From the NCBI GenBank assembly GCA_023257145.1, contig JALRDA010000131.1, positions 4,451 to 68,450 of the forward strand: a stretch of DNA of 64,000 bases, written 5' to 3'. Of the stretch, positions 1 through 9,371 are shown piece after piece. This stretch comes from Candidatus Saccharimonadia bacterium. GTDB taxonomy: Bacteria; Patescibacteriota; Saccharimonadia; Saccharimonadales; Saccharimonadaceae. Within the stretch, counting starts at the first letter, position 1; each line of letters begins with the position of its first letter. Made by a program: the position numbers and the translations under genes. The notes below the pieces were generated by a model. It did no database searches and was not told the DNA's origin. It worked only from the letters and a program-made list of their open reading frames with translations.

Positions 1-1
1 C

Positions 2-796
2 ACTGGATTTAAAGAACTGCCACAATTTGGTGACGTCTTTACGATCGTTAAGAAGGAAAAAGATGCCCGTCATGCCACCGAGCAAGCACGCATCGAGCGT
101 GAAAAGAACGCCGCAAGTACGAACGTTACTGGCGCCGACCTTTTGAAGATGATGAACCAAAAACACGATACGCAGGATGTGAATGTCATCGTCAAGGCTG
201 ACGTACAGGGTTCGCTTACATCCGTTATGGATAGTTTGCGACTGGTGGATACGAACGGTGAAATCCGTCTACGTATTATCGGTAGCGGCGTTGGTAGCAT
301 TTCAGAGAGTGATATTCGCTTGGCTGCTGATAGCGACACGATTATCTACGGTTTTAATGTCGAACTGCCTCCTGCCGTCAAGCGTTTGGCGATGCGTGAC
401 AAAGTGCAGGTCCGTATCTTTAAGATTATCTACGAACTACTTGATGACGCACGCAATTCAATGGAAGCAATGCTTGCTCCAGAAGTTGTTGAGACTGAGA
501 TTGGCAAACTGACAATTAAAGGTATTTTCCGCACACTTAAGGACGAAGTGATTGCTGGTGGTGAAGTGACGAACGGCAAAGTTGTCCCGAATGTACTTGC
601 ACGCGTTAAACGCGGCGACGAACAGCTAGGTGAGGTAGAGGTGACCAAGGTTCAGCGCCAGCAGCAAGAGGCCAAGGAAGTGTTCGAAGGCGAGATGTGC
701 GGTATTTCGCTAAAAACAGATAAGAAGCTCCTCCTTGAAGAAGGCGACAAACTAGAGCTATTCACTCGAGAACTGGTCAAGCGCACCCTTAAGTAG
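2..796 (+). CDS. infB: Translation initiation factor IF-2, C-terminal part (5' end lies outside the window)
   Basis: The reading frame is open to the window edge. The translation (..GFKELPQFGDVFTIVKKEKDAR.., VIVKADVQGSL.., RIIGSGVGSISESDI.., GKLTIKGIFR..) is typical of IF-2 domains C1/C2. Confidence 0.9.
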   Translation, partial: TGFKELPQFGDVFTIVKKEKDARHATEQARIEREKNAASTNVTGADLLKMMNQKHDTQDVNVIVKADVQGSLTSVMDSLRLVDTNGEIRLRIIGSGVGSISESDIRLAADSDTIIYGFNVELPPAVKRLAMRDKVQVRIFKIIYELLDDARNSMEAMLAPEVVETEIGKLTIKGIFRTLKDEVIAGGEVTNGKVVPNVLARVKRGDEQLGEVEVTKVQRQQQEAKEVFEGEMCGISLKTDKKLLLEEGDKLELFTRELVKRTLK

Positions 797-816
797 TAGC
801 CAGCTATTGTAAAAAA

Positions 817-846
817 GCAAGTACAGGATATAGTACTTGCTTTTTT
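817..846 (+). terminator. Intrinsic terminator after infB
   Basis: An 8-bp stem gcaagtac/gtacttgc with an 8-nt loop is followed by tttttt. Confidence 0.75.
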
Positions 847-913
847 ATTGCATTTATGCTAATATAAAACATAGAAACAGATAAAAACAAAAGTACTTAA
901 CGGAAAAATCTAT

Positions 914-2767
914 ATGCCAGCAAGTCGCACAGTAGAATCACCACTTACATCTTACGAATCTTCTGATCCGGCGAAACGTTATGCTTTCCGAATCAACAAT
1001 CTTGTTACAGAACATGGTCGGCGTAGTAATCCTAATGGCGAGATGGTATTTGCTGATCACGACATACGGGGTAGCAGCGCGCGGTTACATATCGGCTTTA
1101 ATCCACGATCTATTTCAGCCGAGACCAGCAAACAATACGAAGATCTTGCCGTAGAAGTACCGACAGATTCAATGCATCAGACAGCAGCAATGCTATCTCA
1201 GGCATATGACTTCGTTGCCCATTCGGACGAAGATACTTCGCGCCCTGCATCATTTCTCGTTAGCGATAAAGGTGAAATTGCATGGAGTGCAGATACAAAG
1301 AATGAGACAACAGGTCTAGTGCTCGTGCGAGGCGATGGTAGTGCGGCGCACTTAGGCGCGACTGGCGAAACGTTCGGTGTCATCGATGACATTGGAGCTA
1401 AAGATATACTCTATATGCTCCCTAATTCGCTAATTGGTGCAATGAAAGATACGGATCAATTTGATAAAGATGGCTTGAAGCAGGCCTTTATCGATACAGA
1501 CGAGCGGAATGAAATGACACGCGTGCGCTTCAACGATGCATTGCCGAAAGCCCCAAACACTACTGAAGAGTTCAAGGCCGCGCATCAGACGAAAGCGCAG
1601 AGGAAGCAGCGTCAAAACGCGACTAACGCCCCTAAGTCACAAAATCCACCGGCAATGTACCAGGCTGACGTGGCTGAGCTAACTATTCTAAATACAACTA
1701 CTAGTCCATCGGTACCGAGCAAGCCTAAGCGCGCGCCAAAACATGCCTTGGATACCGAGTCGACGGTTACACCATCGGATAGGGTGCCGAAACACCGACT
1801 TGGGCTTGGCGAAATAGAAACGATACACGACGACAGTCACTATACAGTTACGACACAAAGCGGTGTAGAGTTCACAGTGACCGATAAGCGTCGGTGGCGT
1901 GACGTGCCAGCGGCTATGCAGGCTGAGCCTGAGCGTCATGGTAAGCACGTCGCTACTAATGAAGATACTGCTGACGACGAATCTGAATCTTCAGTTGCAA
2001 TGTCACCGAAGTTTGAGCGTGAATCTAGGATTGGGGATGTAACCTACAAGATTCCACCAAAGCCTGATCATGAACCTCAATCGGCATCACTAACGAATAC
2101 GTATGATCCACGTGTGCGAGCTAGCATGCAATGGTCTGCTCTGCATGGTGACGAGACACTAGTCAATAACCAGGCTGATCAAGAGCCGGAACAGAACCGC
2201 AAGCGCGAGAAGCGTAATCCATTTACTTATCTCGCTAGTCGATTAAGCAGCGCGTACTATATACACAAGAATAAACGCGAGGCTGCAGGAAAGTCACGAG
2301 AGGTCTTTGGATTAGATGCCAATAAACAAGAAAAGGTGGCGAAGATTGCTTTAGGCGCGGTTGCCGTGTCATTGGTCGGTATTGCCGCATGGAAGCTCGG
2401 CTGGGAGATGCATAATGCTGAAGTTTCATCAGCTATGCAAGTACCGCAGCCTAATGGTGGAGTCGGTTTGGATGCAGCACGTCAAAGTGGTGGACTTGAC
2501 CCAATTCAAGACCGTGTTATCGGGCAGCGCACCGAAATACTTAATTCACCAGTTAATATCATTCCAACGGGTGGCGGCGGTGAGCAATTCGCAGTAACGA
2601 ACGGCGTGGATAAAACGCTTTGGTATCAAAACCAAGATGAATTTATGCAAAAATTTCCAAATGAAGGCTATCGTATGACAGACGGTAACGTGGGATTCGT
2701 TCGACCTGGTGGTCTGAGTACTGAAGCCAAACAATTCTGGGCGCAGAAGTTTGGTAAGTGGCAATAG
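914..2767 (+). CDS. Hypothetical 617-aa protein with one predicted TM helix near residue 480
   Basis: Long ORF with a plausible amino-acid composition. A hydrophobic segment IALGAVAVSLVGIAAWKLGW is present. I recognise no family motif. Confidence 0.55.
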   Translation: MPASRTVESPLTSYESSDPAKRYAFRINNLVTEHGRRSNPNGEMVFADHDIRGSSARLHIGFNPRSISAETSKQYEDLAVEVPTDSMHQTAAMLSQAYDFVAHSDEDTSRPASFLVSDKGEIAWSADTKNETTGLVLVRGDGSAAHLGATGETFGVIDDIGAKDILYMLPNSLIGAMKDTDQFDKDGLKQAFIDTDERNEMTRVRFNDALPKAPNTTEEFKAAHQTKAQRKQRQNATNAPKSQNPPAMYQADVAELTILNTTTSPSVPSKPKRAPKHALDTESTVTPSDRVPKHRLGLGEIETIHDDSHYTVTTQSGVEFTVTDKRRWRDVPAAMQAEPERHGKHVATNEDTADDESESSVAMSPKFERESRIGDVTYKIPPKPDHEPQSASLTNTYDPRVRASMQWSALHGDETLVNNQADQEPEQNRKREKRNPFTYLASRLSSAYYIHKNKREAAGKSREVFGLDANKQEKVAKIALGAVAVSLVGIAAWKLGWEMHNAEVSSAMQVPQPNGGVGLDAARQSGGLDPIQDRVIGQRTEILNSPVNIIPTGGGGEQFAVTNGVDKTLWYQNQDEFMQKFPNEGYRMTDGNVGFVRPGGLSTEAKQFWAQKFGKWQ

Positions 2768-2819
2768 GTCTGACACTCGCGTATACTAGAGATTATAGAT
2801 AGCAGAAGAGAGGATAAGT

Positions 2820-3269
2820 ATGTTTCAACTTGATGACAAATTTCTACAAGATCTGGGGCTAGATCAGTTACCTGACGATCAAAAGCAGGCGTTTAAAGAG
2901 CATATTTACAGCGAGCTTGAACTTCGCGTTGGGACACGACTATCCGACGGTTTAACTGAAGCGCAGTTGGCTGAATTTGAGTCATTCGTTGATCGTGACG
3001 CCGAAAAGGTTCGAGCCTGGATTCTTGCGAACGTCCCTGATTTTCAAAATGATCCGACATTTCAGCAGCTACAAGCGAGCGTGCAGCAGTCCGCTGATTT
3101 GCCGCAAGAGGGTAGCTATACGGCTGTCCTTTCAGAGTATGCTTCGCTAAAATGGCTTAGTATGAACCGCCCTGATTATCGGCAGGTCGTGGCGTCAGTT
3201 CTCGAAGAATTGAAGGCTGAGATTGTTGGCAACCGTGATGCGATTTTAGGCAACACTCAGGCGGCGTAG
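2820..3269 (+). CDS. Small acidic helical protein, DUF5663-like
   Basis: SD aggataag lies upstream. The pattern L.DLGLD.L......H....L..RVG......L...QL is shared with the ORF at 53928-54224. Confidence 0.55.
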   Translation: MFQLDDKFLQDLGLDQLPDDQKQAFKEHIYSELELRVGTRLSDGLTEAQLAEFESFVDRDAEKVRAWILANVPDFQNDPTFQQLQASVQQSADLPQEGSYTAVLSEYASLKWLSMNRPDYRQVVASVLEELKAEIVGNRDAILGNTQAA

Positions 3270-4144
3270 CCATTTAAGAACGCTGCTGCATTCATGTGGC
3301 GCCCACTTGGTGCGATAAGCTCCTCAATACACAGATAAACACCGTCTTGGCAGATTTGATCAAGCGGTGTTTTTGGTTGGTCAGCGATGCTAGCTTTAGT
3401 GATAATGACAGTTTGACCAAGCAAGGCGAGCTTACTTTTTGGGAAGCCGAGATGTGCACGTACGTGGCGTTCGGCTTGGGTTGCAGTGAGAGTGGCGAGT
3501 GTTAGTTCGGCATCGGCTTTTTGTAGCAGTTGTGAATATGTTGCGACGACGTCATTTTGCGGTACGGGCTGCAACGAATTATCGATAATTTGCGGTAGGG
3601 TTTCGAGTAATAGATCTGTACCAACATCAGCGAGTGCGTGATAGAGTTCTGGGCGGGTCTCTTCGCCATTTAGCGGATGTTCTTTTGCGGCATAGACGGG
3701 GCCAGCATCCATTTTGGCAGCAAGTTGCATAATTGACACGCCAGTTAATGCATCGCCGTTTACAATAGCCGATTCAATAGGGGATGGGCCGCGGTATTTT
3801 GGTAGTAGCGATGGGTGTACATTGATAATGCCGGGGGTAAAAAGATCGATGATCGATTGCGGGACGATCTTGCCATAGCTAACGAGAACACCAGTGACTG
3901 GTCCAAGTGCAATAATGTCATCACGAATGTCAGTCAAGTTTTGCGGTTGCCAGACGGGAATGTTGAATCGAGAGGCTAACGTTTTGACGGCTGGCGCAAT
4001 CAGCTGTTGGCCGCGACCTTTTTTGCTATCTGGTTTCGTGACGACCGCAGCTATAGTGTAACCGGCTTCAATGAGGCCGGTTAGCGCGGTGAGGCTAAAA
4101 TCTTCAGTCCCAAAGAATACTATTTTCGCGGATGTGTTCGTCAT
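3257..4144 (-). CDS. fmt: Methionyl-tRNA formyltransferase
   Basis: Motifs KIVFFGT..F and HPSLLPKYRGPSPI are present. I take the internal Met (residue 61 of the track ORF, MTNTSAKIVFFG) as the start, which gives a short overlap with the def stop as in def-fmt operons. Confidence 0.88.
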   Translation of the reverse strand: MTNTSAKIVFFGTEDFSLTALTGLIEAGYTIAAVVTKPDSKKGRGQQLIAPAVKTLASRFNIPVWQPQNLTDIRDDIIALGPVTGVLVSYGKIVPQSIIDLFTPGIINVHPSLLPKYRGPSPIESAIVNGDALTGVSIMQLAAKMDAGPVYAAKEHPLNGEETRPELYHALADVGTDLLLETLPQIIDNSLQPVPQNDVVATYSQLLQKADAELTLATLTATQAERHVRAHLGFPKSKLALLGQTVIITKASIADQPKTPLDQICQDGVYLCIEELIAPSGRHMNAAAFLNGYAA

Positions 4145-4679
4145 AGTTGAGGGGTTGCAGCTCGCCTTTCTCATCGAGGGTAAAGAATGCATCTGTTTGG
4201 TCCTGGAGGTGATCGATAAAAACAATGCCATTTGTGTGGTCGATTTCGTGCTGGATGACGCGGGCAAGGAATCCCTCGGCCTTAAAGCGCACTTCGTTAC
4301 CCTCAAGGTCGAGTGCTTTGACACGGACCTTCGTATGGCGAGGTACCTTACCGTAGACGCCGCTAACGCTTAAGCAGCCCTCGTAATCACTGACGACTTC
4401 GCCCTCGTATTTAACGATTTCTGGATTGATAAGGGGTGTAAAGTCACGAGCGGACTTGTCGTCAAAGTCGCTTCGTATAATAACTACGCGTTCGAGGTGG
4501 TCGACTTGAACAGCGGCAAGGGCGGCGCTAATTTCATGCGGGCGAGAATCTTCCCAGTCAATTGACGCCGCGGTCATATCTTCGATCAGTTTAATCGTGT
4601 CATCAGTAATAACATGAACTTTTGTTGATTTTGTCCGCAGGTGCGGATTTGGAAGGGCAATAATATCTTCTTTTTTCAT
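4104..4679 (-). CDS. def: Peptide deformylase
   Basis: Motifs EGCLSVSG and QHEIDHTNG are present. The gene sits upstream of fmt. Confidence 0.93.
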   Translation of the reverse strand: MKKEDIIALPNPHLRTKSTKVHVITDDTIKLIEDMTAASIDWEDSRPHEISAALAAVQVDHLERVVIIRSDFDDKSARDFTPLINPEIVKYEGEVVSDYEGCLSVSGVYGKVPRHTKVRVKALDLEGNEVRFKAEGFLARVIQHEIDHTNGIVFIDHLQDQTDAFFTLDEKGELQPLNYDEHIRENSILWD

Positions 4680-4724
4680 TACCCCTTATTATACCGAATA
4701 TCACGATGAATTAACAGGAGTCGG

Positions 4725-6665
4725 CTAAAGAAGACTCATAGGATCAAGTTCGTACTGCCAGTGGGTGCTGGGGACGTAGGGAAGAATAGCAACGAGCGAT
4801 GCGCGCTTGGGTGACTTTAGGGTTAGCTGCCAACGATATGTATCACGCTGGCGTTCGTAAAATGCCGGCGTCGGTCCAAGTATCTGCACATCACTAGAAC
4901 GAAGTTTTCGCAGTTCGCTAGCAAGTTTCTGAGCGTTCTTTATGGCGGCAGCTTCTGTTTTGTAGACGCACGTTAATTTTAGAAGATAAGTAAAAGGCGG
5001 AAAGTGTGAACGTTGACGTTCCTTCAGTGCAGTTTCGTAAAACTGCGTATAATTTTGTGCTAGGCCATCGACAACTGCAGGATGGGTCGGCTGGTAGCTT
5101 TGAACAATAACGTTCGTCGCATGGTGTGAACGTCCAACGCGTCCGATGACCTGGGCGAGCAGTTGAAAGGTCCGCTCGCTTGAGCCATAATCGGGCAGAC
5201 TAAGTCCACTGTCGGCTTGGATAACGCCGACTAGTCGGAGCTTTGGCAAGTCGAGTCCCTTTGCGATAACCTGCGTGCCGATGATGATATCAATCTCGCC
5301 GTTGTAGAGTTCTTTATATTTTTGTTCAATTGATTCACCACTTTCGCTGTCGCCGTCAAACCGAGCAATAATTTTGTCAGGAAACAGCTTGCGCAGTTCG
5401 GATTCTATCAGCTTTGTGCCAATGCCCTTATGGATAATGTCGGCCCCGTGGCATTCAGGGCAGCTTGTCGGTACACGTTCGGTGATACCGCAGACGTGGC
5501 AGCGAAGATGATGCTTGTCGGCGTGAAGAGTCAGTGGAACAAAGCAGCGGGTGCACATGGCCGACCAGCCGCAATTTTCGCAAAGAGTTGTCGATGCGCT
5601 ACCGCGTCGATTATGAAAAATAAGCGCCTGATTACCACTTGCTAGCGTTTCGTCTAGCTGCACTAATAATTTATCCGACAAAAAACGATGCTTCTTAAAA
5701 TTAGTGCGCTTGGTCATATCGACTAGTTCGATCGTGGGAGCGACGGCGTTGTCGCGCGCGCGTTTTTTCATAGATATGACCGGTCGACCGGATTGCTTGG
5801 CCAAGTAATAATCGGCGATCGCTGGAGTTGCGCTGCCAAGAACAACTTTGCCTGCATGCAGTGACGCCAAGACACTCGCGGCACGCAGGGCGGAATAGCG
5901 GGGCGATTGCTCTTGTTTGAAACTTGGTTCGTGGGCTTCGTCGATAATAATCATACCAACGTTCTTAAGCGGCAAGAAAAGCGCCGAGCGCGGACCGATC
6001 GCAACGCGAGGCTTGTCGCTATTCAGCGCATCACGCCATGCATGATGTCGTTCAGCTTCGGTCTGTCGCGAGTGGGTGAGAATTGTATTTTCGAAATGAT
6101 GGGAAAACTCATCAACGACCTGCGAGGTGAGGGCAATTTCCGGAACGAGCAGAATAACCGACTGGCCACGCTCAATCGTCTTTTTTGCGAGCTCGATGTA
6201 GACATGTGTCTTCCCGGAGCCGGTTACGCCATGTAGAAGTGCCGTGCCCGGAGACATTGCGTCAATACTTTCAATCGCATTTGCCTGTTCACTAGTGAAC
6301 ACTATATTTGTTCGATCTCGATATGATTCTTGGGGTGAAGCTTTACGATCACGGCGGCTTTTTTGGAGACCGCGCGGTAGAATCGTCTGTAAGACGGTGG
6401 CGAGATGTGTTGCGTAGTAGGTGCTAAGCCACTGCGAAAGTTGCAATAGTTGTTCAGGTAGCGGCTGGTCTTCAATAACGCCACTAATCGCTTTTGTGTC
6501 ATAATTTGGCTTACTAACTGCCCGTAGGACGACGCCAACTAGTACTTTTTTACCGACTTCAATAGTGACCAATTTACCAACTGGTAGTTCGACATCTGAT
6601 GCATATGTAAATGAAGCGCTAGCTGTGCGAATGATTTGATTTGGGGCCACCTCATAGTAGTGCAT
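4725..6665 (-). CDS. priA: Primosomal protein N' (replication restart helicase PriA)
   Basis: Walker A GVTGSGKT, DEAH box IIDEAHE and a Cys-rich zinc region CENCGW..CTRC..CHVCG..CPECHG are present. Confidence 0.93.
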   Translation of the reverse strand: MHYYEVAPNQIIRTASASFTYASDVELPVGKLVTIEVGKKVLVGVVLRAVSKPNYDTKAISGVIEDQPLPEQLLQLSQWLSTYYATHLATVLQTILPRGLQKSRRDRKASPQESYRDRTNIVFTSEQANAIESIDAMSPGTALLHGVTGSGKTHVYIELAKKTIERGQSVILLVPEIALTSQVVDEFSHHFENTILTHSRQTEAERHHAWRDALNSDKPRVAIGPRSALFLPLKNVGMIIIDEAHEPSFKQEQSPRYSALRAASVLASLHAGKVVLGSATPAIADYYLAKQSGRPVISMKKRARDNAVAPTIELVDMTKRTNFKKHRFLSDKLLVQLDETLASGNQALIFHNRRGSASTTLCENCGWSAMCTRCFVPLTLHADKHHLRCHVCGITERVPTSCPECHGADIIHKGIGTKLIESELRKLFPDKIIARFDGDSESGESIEQKYKELYNGEIDIIIGTQVIAKGLDLPKLRLVGVIQADSGLSLPDYGSSERTFQLLAQVIGRVGRSHHATNVIVQSYQPTHPAVVDGLAQNYTQFYETALKERQRSHFPPFTYLLKLTCVYKTEAAAIKNAQKLASELRKLRSSDVQILGPTPAFYERQRDTYRWQLTLKSPKRASLVAILPYVPSTHWQYELDPMSLL

Positions 6666-6694
6666 AGTTCTTAGTATACTGCTAAAATAAGGAT

Positions 6695-7351
6695 ATGTAT
6701 TTTGAAAGTCGCACCCAGGCGGGGCAGATATTGGCCGAACAACTCTTCGAAAGATACCGATATGAAAACTGCGTTGTCGTCGCGCTTAGCGATGGTGCTG
6801 TGCAGGTAGGGGAACAAATAGCGGGCGCACTACACTGTCTACTAACACTGCTGCTGATTGAAGATATTCAAATTCCTGGCGAAAGCTTGAGTTTTGGTGG
6901 TGTATCTCAGAGTGGTGGCTTTACCTATAATGGATCATTTAGTAGTGGTGAAATCGATGAATACACGAGTGAGTTTCACGGCTACCTGGAAGAGCAAAAG
7001 CGTGAGGCGTTTCAAAGAATTAATCGACTACTAGGCGATGGCGGGGTTATCGACCACGACATGCTTCGTGACCATGTCGTTATTTTAGTTGCGGATGGAG
7101 TGGATAATAACGCAGCTATGGATGTGGCGATTGATTTTCTCAAGCCAATTCGCATACAGCGCCTCGTTGTTGCTACTCCGGTCGCATCCATACCTGCAGT
7201 AGACAAACTGCACATGTTGGCGGATGAGCTACATATTTTGGATGTGAAAGAAAACTACATGGGCACGAACCATTATTACGAGGTAAATGACATCCCATCA
7301 CACGAAGATACGATCGCGAAAATCAATCAAATCGTGCTGAATTGGCGCTAA
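6695..7351 (+). CDS. Phosphoribosyltransferase-like protein with a degenerate PRPP loop
   Basis: N-terminus F.SR.QAG..LA..L and the core VVILVADGVDNNAAM resemble the PRT fold (usual motif VILVDDG.ATGAT). Confidence 0.55.
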   Translation: MYFESRTQAGQILAEQLFERYRYENCVVVALSDGAVQVGEQIAGALHCLLTLLLIEDIQIPGESLSFGGVSQSGGFTYNGSFSSGEIDEYTSEFHGYLEEQKREAFQRINRLLGDGGVIDHDMLRDHVVILVADGVDNNAAMDVAIDFLKPIRIQRLVVATPVASIPAVDKLHMLADELHILDVKENYMGTNHYYEVNDIPSHEDTIAKINQIVLNWR

Positions 7352-7425
7352 TGCTACTTGCCAAAACGATGTAAAAAAGTGTACAATAACAAGCAATAGG
7401 GAAAAGGATTTAAGTAAGGGAAGTT

Positions 7426-7722
7426 ATGTTAGACGTTTTTATCACCTCACGAGTGCGCCGGAAAATTGTAGTAGTCTATGCCAAGTATCCAGACTTTCAT
7501 ACTCATGTTCGTGGACTTGCAAAACTAATTAAAGAAGATCCAGGTAATATTCAACGCGAACTAAAGCGTTTGGAAAAAGTTGGATTCTTAAGCTCTGAGA
7601 AGCAGGGCAATACTAAGATTTATTCGACCAACAAGCAGTTTCCGATCTTTAAGGAATTGCAGAGCATTGTGATCAAATCTCAACAGCATGCAGGTCGCCC
7701 AAAACGTTCATCTGATTTGTAA
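7426..7722 (+). CDS. Winged-helix (ArsR/MarR-like) transcriptional regulator
   Basis: The sequence RRKIVVVYAKYPD...VRGLAKLIKEDPGNIQRELKRLEKVGFL...GN.KIY is a typical wHTH. Its stop overlaps the recJ start (TAATG). Confidence 0.6.
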   Translation: MLDVFITSRVRRKIVVVYAKYPDFHTHVRGLAKLIKEDPGNIQRELKRLEKVGFLSSEKQGNTKIYSTNKQFPIFKELQSIVIKSQQHAGRPKRSSDL

Positions 7723-9350
7723 TGACACTATTTGATCAAATACTAAAGGCACGAGGTCTCGAGGGCGAGGCACGTGACCTTTTTTTATCTCCCAGTTATG
7801 ATGCCAAGCATGATCCATTCCTACTTCCTGATATGCAGGCTGCAGTCGAGCGGCTGGTCAAGGCTCATGAAAAGCAGGACAAGATTACCATTTATGGCGA
7901 CTATGATATTGATGGTTTGACGGCAACGACGGTACTGCTTGATGCCTTTGAATCATTCGGATTTTCGCATGTTGACGCTTTTATTCCCAATCGTTTTGTC
8001 GAGGGGTATGGATTAACTATCGACGCAGTCGAGCGTATTGCCCAAACTGGCGCACAGCTGATTGTGACGGTTGATTGCGGCAGTCTTAGCGAAAAAGAAA
8101 TCATTCGTGCTAATGAATTAGGTGTTGATATTATCGTGACAGACCATCATAACGTTGCGCCAATTCAACCACCAGCGGTAGCTGTAATAAACCCCAAGCG
8201 CCCAGATCATCACTATCCATTTATTGACCTTGCCGGCGTCGGCGTGGCATTCAAGCTAGTGCAGGCGTTGCAGACCAGGCTTGATGGATTACCAGTAGGG
8301 CACGAAAAGTGGCTGTTGGATTTAGTGGCGCTGGGGACGGTATGTGACGTCGTGACGTTGGTCGATGAAAACCGGGCGAATGTTTACTGGGGATTAAAGG
8401 TATTAGCACAGACGCGTCGACCCGGTTTAAAGGCATTGATGGCTGTGGCTGCAGTCGAGCCGGAAAAGGTTAATGCGCGCAGTCTAGGTTTTGGGCTGGG
8501 GCCGCGCATGAACGCTGCTGGGCGCCTAGAAACAGCGCAGTACGCACTGGATATGCTGCGAGCAACGGATTCAATGGAGGCATTAGAAAAAGCGCAGCAG
8601 CTAGACGCACTTAACCAATCTCGACGCGCGGACCAGGACAAAATATTTAAGGCAGCAGTGATTCAAGCCGAGCAATATTTGGATGATCCCGTTCTAGTTG
8701 TCAGCCATGCTGACTGGAATCATGGGATTATTGGTATCGTGGCAGCCAAGTTGTTAGAGAAATACAAAAAACCAACCTACGTACTGCAAGAGATGGGCGA
8801 AGAGAGTAAGGGGTCGGCACGTAGCTACGGTGACTTCAGCGCGGCAGACGCCATCCGTGCGAGCGATGATATTATCACCAAAGGGGGTGGCCATAAATTA
8901 GCTGCAGGCGTAACGATGCCGACAAAAAATATTGAAGCGTTTCGTCGTCGGGTTAACGAATTTTATCGATCAAAAGATTTGTTCAATCAAGCTGCATTGC
9001 TGCTGCCGAAAGAGGATATTATTGTAACTAAATTTAGTGATGTGAATGAGTTATTGCTAAAAGAACTAGAACAGCTAGAGCCGTGTGGAAACGGTAATCC
9101 GGAGCCAGTATTTAAAAGCGAAAACATGCTTGTTATGCATTTACGGCGCATGGGTGCTGACGCGCAGCATGTCAAAGTTACTTTGCAGGACGCAAATAAG
9201 AAAACGATGGAGTTTCTGGCATTTAATGCACCTGAGTCATTTTTCGCCGAACCTGGAGAGTATGTGACAATCTGGTTTCAGCCGAGTGTGAATGAATGGC
9301 AGGGGAGACGGACGGTCGAGGGGCGACTACTTCATTTGGAGTCTATGTAG
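7722..9350 (+). CDS. recJ: Single-stranded-DNA-specific exonuclease RecJ
   Basis: DHH family motifs DYDIDGLTA, VDCG and TDHHN are present, with a DHHA1 region GGGHKLAAG. Confidence 0.9.
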   Translation: MTLFDQILKARGLEGEARDLFLSPSYDAKHDPFLLPDMQAAVERLVKAHEKQDKITIYGDYDIDGLTATTVLLDAFESFGFSHVDAFIPNRFVEGYGLTIDAVERIAQTGAQLIVTVDCGSLSEKEIIRANELGVDIIVTDHHNVAPIQPPAVAVINPKRPDHHYPFIDLAGVGVAFKLVQALQTRLDGLPVGHEKWLLDLVALGTVCDVVTLVDENRANVYWGLKVLAQTRRPGLKALMAVAAVEPEKVNARSLGFGLGPRMNAAGRLETAQYALDMLRATDSMEALEKAQQLDALNQSRRADQDKIFKAAVIQAEQYLDDPVLVVSHADWNHGIIGIVAAKLLEKYKKPTYVLQEMGEESKGSARSYGDFSAADAIRASDDIITKGGGHKLAAGVTMPTKNIEAFRRRVNEFYRSKDLFNQAALLLPKEDIIVTKFSDVNELLLKELEQLEPCGNGNPEPVFKSENMLVMHLRRMGADAQHVKVTLQDANKKTMEFLAFNAPESFFAEPGEYVTIWFQPSVNEWQGRRTVEGRLLHLESM

Positions 9351-9371
9351 CAGCAGGGATATGGCAAAGCT

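Noticed and set aside
3257-3269. A 13-nt convergent overlap of the DUF5663-like gene and the fmt 3' ends.
   Set aside because: This is a real feature of the sequence, but short tail-to-tail overlaps are common in compact genomes and it has no further significance.
4145-4324. An N-terminal 60-aa extension of fmt from the GTG at 4324.
   Set aside because: The extension lies entirely inside def in another frame and is Ser/Thr/Arg-rich. The conserved fmt N-terminus (KIVFFGT) begins right after the internal Met.
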